From Thermoanaerobaculia bacterium (GTDB lineage: Bacteria > Acidobacteriota > Thermoanaerobaculia > Gp7-AA8): 64,000 nucleotides of DNA. Location of the stretch: contig JAXDGW010000047.1 of assembly GCA_034664845.1 (NCBI GenBank), positions 16,369 to 80,368 of the forward strand, written 5' to 3'. The translations under genes and the position numbers were made by a program. This document shows, piece by piece, positions 20,656 to 28,690 of the stretch. Every line of letters starts with the position of its first letter. Within the stretch, counting starts at the first letter, position 1. The notes below the pieces were generated by a model. That model was given only the letters and a program-made list of their open reading frames with translations, was not told the DNA's origin and did no database searches.

Positions 20656-21689
20656 GACGGAGCTCGCTCGCTGCGGCCATCTTTTTCTTCGCTGCCTCGT
20701 GCGCGAACATCGTGCACCACGATCTGACGTTGACGTTCGACGACCGAGGGGAGCGGGTGACGATCCTTTCGGTGACGTCGATTCCAACAACGAAAGACTC
20801 GCGCGACCGCAAGCGCGACGAGCGGCTGCGCGAAGACATCCTGGCGGGCCGCGACGAGTGGAGCCTTCGGTTCGCCAACGCCAGCCCAGAGGCGGAACGC
20901 GTCACGTTCGAACGTGCCAAAGGCGAGCTGATTCGTGCCGAGCACGTGGCGCGCATCGACGTCGCGGATCTGCAGAAGATCTTTTTCGATGTCGCCGTCT
21001 CGGCCGTCGTGACGCGCGGCGACGGCTGGGCGGAACTGGCCATCTATCCCGGAACCTCGACGCGGGCGACACGGCAGCAGCGCGACGATTCCGAGAGAAA
21101 GTTACGGAATTACTCGCGGCGCGCGGTCCGCTACTTCGACGCAGTGCGCACGATGTACGACTACATGGACGCGCATCCGCCGCGCGCCGAGGCGCTTTTC
21201 ACCGCGCTCTTCCGCGATGCCGACGATCCGAAGCCGTCGCTCATCAGCGACGAGGAGCACGATCTCGTCGAGGCGGCGCGCGCGGCGGTCGACGGCCTGA
21301 CCAAAGACGAAGACACGGACGCGCTCGAAGCGGAAGCCGATCTCGTCTTCAACCCGCTGCCGGCACGGATCGTCGTCCGCATCCCGGGAGAGCCTCTCGT
21401 CGTCGAAGGATTCACGCACGACAAGGAGGGCGAGCTGATCGCCGAGCCACTGTCGCTCCTCGAAGCGATCGCGTCCCTCGAAGGACGCTGGATCACGCCC
21501 GACCCGCTCGCGTTTTCCATCCGGCCGGACGGCGGCGGCGAGCCGGAAAAGGAAGCAGCGCTCATCGCCGCGATGCCGCGAAAGACCATGGCGGTGGTAG
21601 GCGAGATCGAAGTGGCGGACGCGCTCGTCGCGAAGCTGAAGCCGTCGGCGAGGTATCGGGCGCGGTGGATTACGAAGACATCAAATTAG
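20652..21689 (+). CDS. Hypothetical lipoprotein
   Basis: GTG start overlapping the upstream stop; leader ending AASC. Confidence 0.7.
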   Translation: MRRSSLAAAIFFFAASCANIVHHDLTLTFDDRGERVTILSVTSIPTTKDSRDRKRDERLREDILAGRDEWSLRFANASPEAERVTFERAKGELIRAEHVARIDVADLQKIFFDVAVSAVVTRGDGWAELAIYPGTSTRATRQQRDDSERKLRNYSRRAVRYFDAVRTMYDYMDAHPPRAEALFTALFRDADDPKPSLISDEEHDLVEAARAAVDGLTKDEDTDALEAEADLVFNPLPARIVVRIPGEPLVVEGFTHDKEGELIAEPLSLLEAIASLEGRWITPDPLAFSIRPDGGGEPEKEAALIAAMPRKTMAVVGEIEVADALVAKLKPSARYRARWITKTSN

Positions 21690-21737
21690 ACGGTTTCCCC
21701 GAGCGTCTGATTTCGACCATAATTCGCCCTTCCGTCG

Positions 21738-24071
21738 ATGTCCTCCTCACTCGTGACCTATCTCGAGTCGCGGCCAGATACCGCCACGTTCCTGCTCGGC
21801 AGCGAGTTGGGGCGGACGGTGAGCGAGATTTTTCCGCGGGGGGAGACGCTGCTGCCGCGGCCGTACAAGATCTTTCCGGCCGACGAGACACAGGCGCCGG
21901 CGTTCGGCTTTCCTGTTGCCGATGCTTCGGTTTTGCGGGAGCTCGACGCGAAACTTGATCGCTGGCTCTCCGACGAAGTTGCCTGGCAGGCCGGCCGCCA
22001 GCCTGCGGCGAAGGAGAAAGCGCAGCTCGCCAACGGCGTCTACATGAATCAACTGATGCGCCTGGTCGAGAACGCGCTGATGTCGAATCTTCTCAGCGAC
22101 TATCACGCCGTTTTCTGGCTCGCGCATTCGTTCGATCTGGCCCGGCAGTTCTCGTCGATTCCGCGGCGCGTCAGCACCTTCGACACGCAGACCGGCAAGA
22201 CGCAGGGCGACGCCTTCAAGTACCGGATCTTCGCGAAGTGGGCGAACGACACGCGCGAGGCGATGGCGCAACTCGGTACGAAGGCCTCGTCGATTCTCGA
22301 TGGCGAAGAACAGCGCGGCCTGCAGTTCTTCAAGCTGCTCGCGGACGACGTTCTGATTCTCACCGAGGAGTTCATCGGCCCCGATCTGCGGGAGCTGCGC
22401 TCGTTCGTCAACGGCTACTTGCGGCGCGACTTCCAGGCGTTTCGCGACTCGGTCGAGCGGATGCGCGAGATCGCGCTCGACCTCCTCCAGAAAGACCGCA
22501 CCTTCCGGGCGTCGCTGCCGCTCTTCGGCACCGCGCCGGACCAGGGCATTCCCGTCGCACTCCTGCTCGACACGCGTTTCCAGAACTTTCTGTTCGAGCA
22601 GAACGCGATCCAGTCGGCTGTGACACGCGAGGACCGTGAACAGTTTCAACTCATCGCGCGGCGAATTCGCGAGTTCGCCATCCTCAACCAACTGCGCCGC
22701 GGGATCACGATGATGACGGTGCGGTCGGACAATCAGGTCGTCTCCGCCGACAAGCGCGCCAACGTCTACTCGCGATCGACGCGGCCGATGGATTTCGGCC
22801 GGCCGGGCGTGGTCGATCCGATGGTGCATCGCTTCGGCCTGATCTACGACATCTCCAACTTCACCGAGACGCTGGGCAACATCCGGCGCGGCGGCCGGAA
22901 GGAGGAGATCAGCTCCTACCGGCAGATGCTGTTATTCCAGCGCAAGCTCGACTCGATTGCCACACGACACCTCCTCCAGTTCGAGAAGTTCCTCGGCGAT
23001 GGCGCTTTCTACACGACCCGACGCGCGCTCCGGCTCGTTCGCGCCGCCGTCGAGATCCAGCGCTGTTACGCCGACGTTCGCCGCAAAGGCTTCGCGTTCA
23101 ACAAGGGGCTGCGCATCGCCCTCAACTTCGGCTACTACCGCCTCCTGCCGATGAAAGGCAGTGGCAATGAGCGCATCACCGAGTTTTACGGTCCGGGCAT
23201 CGTCGAGCTATCGCGCCTGACGACAGGCAAGGCGAACAAGGAGATCGAGGAGTTCGCCTCATTTCTGCTCACGCACGGTTACGAATCATCGAAGGTGCAG
23301 GCGTTCTTTGCGCCCCTCGAGCGCGGGGTCGACGTCATCGACCACACGCAGCACGCCCGCGAGTTCTACTCGTACGTGAACACCAGCGGCCACCTCGTAA
23401 ACGAAGGGATCGTGGCCTCCTTCTCGCTGCTGCAGGAGCTGTCGAACGATCTGGCGTCGGAAGGGCTGCAGCTGTACCGGCTGCGATCACCGTGGGCGAC
23501 GTACGTCGGCTTCGCGGCGTCGCTGACGGGTCTGGAGTACATCGGCGTGCGCCTCCTCGGGATGGTCTCGCTGAAGGGATTGGACGAGATCGATGTCGGC
23601 GAGATCGTCCCGTTCGCGCCGGGCGACGTCGAAGCCACTCCGATCGACGGCGCGGACCCGCTGTTTCTTGTGATCCGCCAGGAGTTCCACCAGGACCGCG
23701 ATCCCGAGGGACCGCTGGCCGAGGCGACGGAGCTGGATGACAGCACCACGAGCGAGCAGGCCATCACCTCGGAGCTCGTGATCTGCCTCCGGAACGAGCC
23801 GGACGGCACCGAGGACGATGTCGTCATCGGCGAGTGGAACCCACGCACCGACGAGCTCCGCTGCCCCTTGCGCTTTCCTCGGGGCGATTTCGTGCGCCTC
23901 TTCGCGCTCAGGGGCGATGTCACCGAGGAGCTTCTGAGCGAACGCCGCGAAACGGTGCGCCATCTCTACAACCGTCTGTCCGACCGCACGCCAACCCCCG
24001 CGGTACCCCTGGCCGATTTCCGCGATTTGTATGCGACGTATGTGCTGGGGGCGGTGGTGGAGAAACTGTAG
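21738..24071 (+). CDS. Large protein with a divergent class III (adenylate/guanylate) cyclase-like domain
   Basis: LIYDISNFT, EKFLGDG, LRIALNFG and FYGPGIVELSRL in canonical order. Confidence 0.7.
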   Translation: MSSSLVTYLESRPDTATFLLGSELGRTVSEIFPRGETLLPRPYKIFPADETQAPAFGFPVADASVLRELDAKLDRWLSDEVAWQAGRQPAAKEKAQLANGVYMNQLMRLVENALMSNLLSDYHAVFWLAHSFDLARQFSSIPRRVSTFDTQTGKTQGDAFKYRIFAKWANDTREAMAQLGTKASSILDGEEQRGLQFFKLLADDVLILTEEFIGPDLRELRSFVNGYLRRDFQAFRDSVERMREIALDLLQKDRTFRASLPLFGTAPDQGIPVALLLDTRFQNFLFEQNAIQSAVTREDREQFQLIARRIREFAILNQLRRGITMMTVRSDNQVVSADKRANVYSRSTRPMDFGRPGVVDPMVHRFGLIYDISNFTETLGNIRRGGRKEEISSYRQMLLFQRKLDSIATRHLLQFEKFLGDGAFYTTRRALRLVRAAVEIQRCYADVRRKGFAFNKGLRIALNFGYYRLLPMKGSGNERITEFYGPGIVELSRLTTGKANKEIEEFASFLLTHGYESSKVQAFFAPLERGVDVIDHTQHAREFYSYVNTSGHLVNEGIVASFSLLQELSNDLASEGLQLYRLRSPWATYVGFAASLTGLEYIGVRLLGMVSLKGLDEIDVGEIVPFAPGDVEATPIDGADPLFLVIRQEFHQDRDPEGPLAEATELDDSTTSEQAITSELVICLRNEPDGTEDDVVIGEWNPRTDELRCPLRFPRGDFVRLFALRGDVTEELLSERRETVRHLYNRLSDRTPTPAVPLADFRDLYATYVLGAVVEKL

Positions 24072-24179
24072 TTTTGCGCAGCCCTGGCGGGCTGCGCGTT
24101 GTCGGTTGTCGGTTGCGTGCGCGGCCTGCGGCCGCGCGTTGTCCGATTCGAGAAGTTGCGGCGCTACTATTGGACGACG

Positions 24180-24221
24180 ATGAAAACCTACACGGCTGTC
24201 GTCGAGGAAGATCCGGAGACG
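24180..24221 (+). pseudogene. HicB antitoxin N-terminal fragment
   Basis: ATG AAA ACC TAC... = MKTYTAVVEEDPET, a typical HicB start; runs into the Uma2 3' end. Confidence 0.55.
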
Positions 24222-24229
24222 GATGAGCA

Positions 24230-24796
24230 CTACGCAGACGGCTCTGCTGCGGCATCGTAGAGGTCGCGGACGTCGAGCCGTGCGTCGATCGAAAGCTCTG
24301 CGCTCCCACCTTCGTCAACGACAGTCGTTCGCCAACCATCTTCTCCGCGCGACCTGACCTCCACGGAGCGCTCGCGGTAAGAGACGAGCACGTACTCACG
24401 CAGGGACGGGAAAGTCTTGTAGTGCTCGAACTTGTCGCCCGAATCGTACTCCTCGGTGCTGCGGCTCAGGACTTCCACGATGAGCGCCGGATTAGTGATC
24501 GCCAACGGGTGAATGCCGTCGATCTCACGTGGCCCGCAGATCGTGACATCGGGATACGTTGTAAGACCGGTGGGTGTGCGAACACGAAGATCGGAATTGT
24601 ACGGACGGCCCTCGCCGCCGCGGAGTTGATGGCCCAGCAAAGTGATCGCGGCCGCCGCGAGCGCTGCGTGTTCGGGCGTGCCGCCCGCCATCGCGTAAAT
24701 CTGGCCGCCGAGGAACTCGTGCTTGACGTTGCTCGACGCCTCGAACCCGAGATACTCCGCGTATGTGTAATTGAGCTTGTGGAGAAGTGCCGGCAT
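24230..24796 (-). CDS. Uma2 family endonuclease
   Basis: HEFLGGQIYAMAGGTPEH, YPDVT, IVEVLSRSTEEYD.GDKFEHY and SLREYVLV motifs. Confidence 0.92.
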   Translation of the reverse strand: MPALLHKLNYTYAEYLGFEASSNVKHEFLGGQIYAMAGGTPEHAALAAAAITLLGHQLRGGEGRPYNSDLRVRTPTGLTTYPDVTICGPREIDGIHPLAITNPALIVEVLSRSTEEYDSGDKFEHYKTFPSLREYVLVSYRERSVEVRSRGEDGWRTTVVDEGGSAELSIDARLDVRDLYDAAAEPSA

Positions 24797-24868
24797 CTTC
24801 GAGGATTATTGCAGGTGTCGATGCGAGGTCGGACGTCGCGGCTGCCAGGCAAGTCCGAAGCGGAGGCA

Positions 24869-24926
24869 GTTAGCCCCCGCCCTCTTACGCCGGAGGTCGC
24901 GGGTTCGAGTCCGGTCTGCCCCGCCA
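24869..24926 (+). pseudogene. Degenerate 3' part of a tRNA-Asp
   Basis: GTTAG...ACGCCGGAGGTCGCGGGTTCGAGTCCGGTCTGCCCCGCCA has a T-arm and CCA; anticodon loop is mutated (CTCTTAC vs CTGTCAC) and the 5' acceptor strand is missing. Confidence 0.7.
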
Positions 24927-25026
24927 ATCTGATGCACGCGCGTCGCGCGCCGTGCGAGCGCGAAGCCGCGTGTAAGCTTTTCGATCGTGCGCGATCTCCT
25001 CCGGTCTCGCGTCGCGGCAACCGTGA

Positions 25027-25986
25027 TCACTCGTCCCAAGGTGCCGGGCCGAGCAACCGACGGCCACTCGGGCGCTCATCATAGAGGTAAGCCTTGGCGG
25101 CTTCGTAAAAGAGCACGATAGAGAACGTCACCGCTACCCAGACCAAGAGGGCCTCGATCGGGAAGACTGCCGCATGCACCATTCCGTTGCAGTCGACGGC
25201 CGTCCCATACGACCAGGCGAGGATGCTCTTTCCAATCATGCCCGCAGGCTGATAGCGCCACCAATACCCGGGAATGCCGAGCGTCACCTCCCAGAGCAAA
25301 GACGTCAGCAGGACGTATACGCATGTGAGCGACAAAGCTTGCCAGTTGACGAGGTCCTTCACTGCACGGTACAGAATCATCGCCGGGACGAACGCCACCG
25401 CCACGAGAAACGTGTAGTACACGGGAATCCAACCGCCTGTTGCGCCCACGAGTTGCTTTGCAACGATTCCCCCGACGATAAGCGTGATACCCATGAGCGC
25501 CACCGGCCACGAGATCGCTAGGATCTTTCCCGGCTGAGGGATCAGCGGCCGCCGGCGACGAACGTTGTATTCAAACAGCCAGTACTCGTCCGCCCAGAAA
25601 TAAATCAGAGCGATGGCCAGTCCGCCGAGGTAGTAGAAGAAGAATTCCTCGTAGGGGATGCCGAGCAGGCGCCCGACATAGGGATCGGGCCGACGGCAGT
25701 CGAAATCGAGCACCCATTTCCCGAGGCCGAGATCGAGCACGCTTCCCAGCACTAGTACGTAGAGAGCCGTCAGGCCGACGGCTCTGCGCCGCCGCCTGGG
25801 CGGCGGTTCCGAGACCAAGAAAAACCGTGGGAGGATCAAAACAATCGGGATCAGCCAAAGCACAAGGCTCGAGAAGTAGGAACTCTTGAAATTCCACACG
25901 AGGCTCAGGGGGATGAGCCACGAAAGGATGATTCCGACGAGCCAGTCGAACGGGCCCACGCGCTGAAGGACGTTGCGCAGATTCAC
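25027..25986 (-). CDS. Integral membrane protein with two lycopene-cyclase-like domains
   Basis: Repeated D/E...W...G..LGIPYEEFFFY / FPIEALLVW pattern; many TM segments; GTG start overlaps the upstream stop. Confidence 0.65.
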   Translation of the reverse strand: MNLRNVLQRVGPFDWLVGIILSWLIPLSLVWNFKSSYFSSLVLWLIPIVLILPRFFLVSEPPPRRRRRAVGLTALYVLVLGSVLDLGLGKWVLDFDCRRPDPYVGRLLGIPYEEFFFYYLGGLAIALIYFWADEYWLFEYNVRRRRPLIPQPGKILAISWPVALMGITLIVGGIVAKQLVGATGGWIPVYYTFLVAVAFVPAMILYRAVKDLVNWQALSLTCVYVLLTSLLWEVTLGIPGYWWRYQPAGMIGKSILAWSYGTAVDCNGMVHAAVFPIEALLVWVAVTFSIVLFYEAAKAYLYDERPSGRRLLGPAPWDE

Positions 25987-28019
25987 GGCTCGATCTTCAC
26001 GCCCGCGGCGAAGAACCACGGATTCTTCTTGAATGTATTATCGAATGCCGAACCGGCGGCGAAATATCCCATCTTCATCGTCACCGTCACCGACTCCGGC
26101 GTCTCGATGTCGAAAACTACGGCGTATTCATTGCCGATGTTTTTCGTGGGATAAGGCGAATTGCGGAATTCGAAATGGCGGATGGTGAACGTAGTGGACT
26201 TCGAGACGATGTCGCTTTCGTCGATGTTGAGCGCTCTGGCAAAGAGCTCCAGCGGCGAGTGGTCGTTATTTCGATATTCGAGCGCATAGTAGATCTTGTT
26301 CTGCAAGCCGCTGCCGAACGTTTTTTTCGCCGGATCTCCAGCACCGGCAATGAGCGGCTTCGACAGCTTCTTGAAGAACAAGAGGCCGGGGCCAAAGGTG
26401 CCAGTTTCTCCCAGATAGCCTTCGTCCACATTCGTCGTCGATTCCCTGTCACTCGGGCCGACGGCCACCGTCGCGCCAAACGTGTAGTGGACGATGGGTT
26501 TCTTCGCTTCATCCAAGTCCTCGATCTGATTGCTCATCGTCAGCTTCAGGAGTCCCGACGTTCCCCGTCCGCGGACTTTCTCGTTTTTCGTCTCGACGTT
26601 GTTTGCGTCCGTCTTGATTCCGACGCTGTGCGACCGGCTGCTGCGGAAGAGAGCGAGACTGCCGCCCAGAACCTTCTTCTGAGAAACCATCGGATAACTG
26701 AAGAATGTCTCCGCGCCCAGCGTGCGGTAGACGTGAGGATCCTCTCGGCTATCGTCCGTGCCGTAGACACCGGTGATGTTCATCGATCGCAGGAAGTCGG
26801 TCGGCAGCTCGATGTCGTTGACCTGCATGAGAAAACTCGACGCGTCGCCATCGGTTTTCGGTTTGAAATCGCGCTCTCGTTTGATGATGTAGGAGCCCAC
26901 GTAGTTAGCTAGGCGCGTCGGGTAGCTCAGTGTGAAGCCCTGGCCGCTTTCAGTGATAGCCAGACCGTCCGCGGGAGCGGCGAAGTCATATTTGCCGAAA
27001 TTCAGAGTGAGGAGGTTGAGCGAAAAGACGCTCAATTTGTACTGATCAGCGGTGACCTGTCCCTTCTCCTCCTGGTTGCCAAAGTCGGCGCCGTTGTACG
27101 AAAAACTCAGTTCTGCCTTGTACCTGTCTGTGGCCTTGTGCTCCACGTCGATTCGCGCCGATCCAGGGAAATGCGTCTTGCGATGGCCGTCGTACGGATT
27201 CGCGTCACTGAGAACATCCTTCCCCTCAGAGTCAGTGAAGCGTGGCTCGATAACCATGTCCAGTGAGGCGGCAGGAGCCACAGTGGTGCCGCCCTCGGGC
27301 GGATCGATCGGTTTAAGCTTGCCGTCGGCGTCGACGTCCGAGTCCGTTCTCAAATACCCTTCAGCGTTCGTCAACTTCTTGTTGTCCTGGAAGAGCCGAG
27401 CCCTGAATCGGATCGTCTGCTGATTGAACAGGGCGGCGAAGATGCGCGACGGCAGAAGAGCTTCTTTGTTCGGCTGAACCGTGAGAACGATGTCGCAGGC
27501 AACTACATGATCGATCGCTACGGCCTTCGTCAAATCGACGTCGCCCTTGCCCGCCTCGTGAAGCAGCGACTTGATCTTGCAGCCTCTCAAATGTTCGACA
27601 CCGAAGTACTTTTGTGCCTCCTTGACTACAGGATCATCCACGCTGATCGTTCCGGGATTCGACCCCTTGAACACCAGTTCCCCCGTGTCTTCGCGCACGA
27701 CATCTCCCTGGAACGGCGCAGGTAAGGTGACGATGAATTTTCGATCGCTCGTGCGATTCAGAAATTCGACGCCGAAGTACTGGGCTGACGACCCCGCCGG
27801 TACGACGCCAGCGTTTCGATCCCATACCGACGCCGGACGTCTCGGGTTCACGAACCGGACATCGGAAACCCCGGTATCGTTGAGAGGCACCTTCAACGTA
27901 TTTTTTGCGTTCCTCGTGGCAGCGAGCGGACGTGTCGCGTTCTGGGTCGTTTGTGCGACGGCAAACGTTCCCCACAAAGACAGTCCGATACAGACGGCCA
28001 GCAGGACGCGCTTCACCAT
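25983..28019 (-). CDS. Exported protein, probable outer-membrane beta-barrel C-terminal half
   Basis: Signal peptide MVKRVLLAVC...AVA; amphipathic beta strands and terminal NPWFFAAGVKIEP. Confidence 0.6.
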   Translation of the reverse strand: MVKRVLLAVCIGLSLWGTFAVAQTTQNATRPLAATRNAKNTLKVPLNDTGVSDVRFVNPRRPASVWDRNAGVVPAGSSAQYFGVEFLNRTSDRKFIVTLPAPFQGDVVREDTGELVFKGSNPGTISVDDPVVKEAQKYFGVEHLRGCKIKSLLHEAGKGDVDLTKAVAIDHVVACDIVLTVQPNKEALLPSRIFAALFNQQTIRFRARLFQDNKKLTNAEGYLRTDSDVDADGKLKPIDPPEGGTTVAPAASLDMVIEPRFTDSEGKDVLSDANPYDGHRKTHFPGSARIDVEHKATDRYKAELSFSYNGADFGNQEEKGQVTADQYKLSVFSLNLLTLNFGKYDFAAPADGLAITESGQGFTLSYPTRLANYVGSYIIKRERDFKPKTDGDASSFLMQVNDIELPTDFLRSMNITGVYGTDDSREDPHVYRTLGAETFFSYPMVSQKKVLGGSLALFRSSRSHSVGIKTDANNVETKNEKVRGRGTSGLLKLTMSNQIEDLDEAKKPIVHYTFGATVAVGPSDRESTTNVDEGYLGETGTFGPGLLFFKKLSKPLIAGAGDPAKKTFGSGLQNKIYYALEYRNNDHSPLELFARALNIDESDIVSKSTTFTIRHFEFRNSPYPTKNIGNEYAVVFDIETPESVTVTMKMGYFAAGSAFDNTFKKNPWFFAAGVKIEP

Positions 28020-28373
28020 GATCTCTCCCCCTTGGTTTACCATGATCATCCCCCTTGATTAGGAGAGGCTTGATTGCCTGCTTTCCCTACCCACCGCTCG
28101 CACGACAGCCCCGATCACGAAAAAAACTCGGACGGCGACATGGCGCCGTAAAAGAAAGGAAAGTGTTGCCGGTGGATGAGGGGTAAATCCTCGCTCGGCT
28201 CCGCGTGGACTTCGGCGAATAACTGTCGCGTCCAGCGAACAAGTAGTGAACGGATGCTTCAATCAGCAACAACGGCAATTTGTCAGACGAATTTTGCGAA
28301 GGACGAGCTGGGTCGGCGAATGTGCGAGCAACCAGCTGCGGTTGGAAAACGACCGGCAAAGGTCTCAGCGCTC

Positions 28374-28490
28374 TCTACGTAGACTCGATTCCAGGCTTTC
28401 GCGGCGGGCACTCTCAAAGGGAAGCCTTGGACGAGCCGAACGACAATCTTCGCGAAGTCGTTGAGATGTTGCTGGAGGACGGCGAGCCGC
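28374..28490 (+). pseudogene. HicB antitoxin C-terminal remnant
   Basis: LYVDSIPGFRGGHSQREALDEPNDNLREVVEMLLEDGEP matches the HicB core pattern; no proper start. Confidence 0.7.
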
Positions 28491-28690
28491 ACATATCTCG
28501 CCGGTTCTGATCCGCAGGATTGCCGACGAGATCGGCATTCCGATCGACGACTTCCTCACTCAACGCTGAAGAACGGGCACCGCCACCATCGTCATCCCAC
28601 CCCGACAACGCGGCGACAGCCGCAATCAACCGACAACAGACAACGCGCGCCGCGCCAGCGGCGCGCAATTCAGTTACCATCAATAACCCA

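Larger units (their letters stand above)
24074..28668. mobile_element. Putative inserted island bounded by inverted hairpin/heptamer arms
   Basis: 24074-24115 vs reverse complement of 28627-28668 match at 35/42 positions ungapped; cargo is accessory genes and remnants. Confidence 0.6.

Noticed and set aside
19986-21689. Long N-terminal ORF extensions (also 10240, 40347..41423, 28520, 54698 and 53703)
   Set aside because: They overlap real upstream genes or repeats; better starts with signal peptides or stop/start overlaps lie downstream.
24869-24926. Functional tRNA gene
   Set aside because: No 5' acceptor strand or complete D-arm, and the anticodon loop is mutated.
28216-28347. Integron attC site (AATAAC...GTTGGAA)
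   Set aside because: Core sites are imperfect, I could not pair L and R boxes, and no integrase is present.
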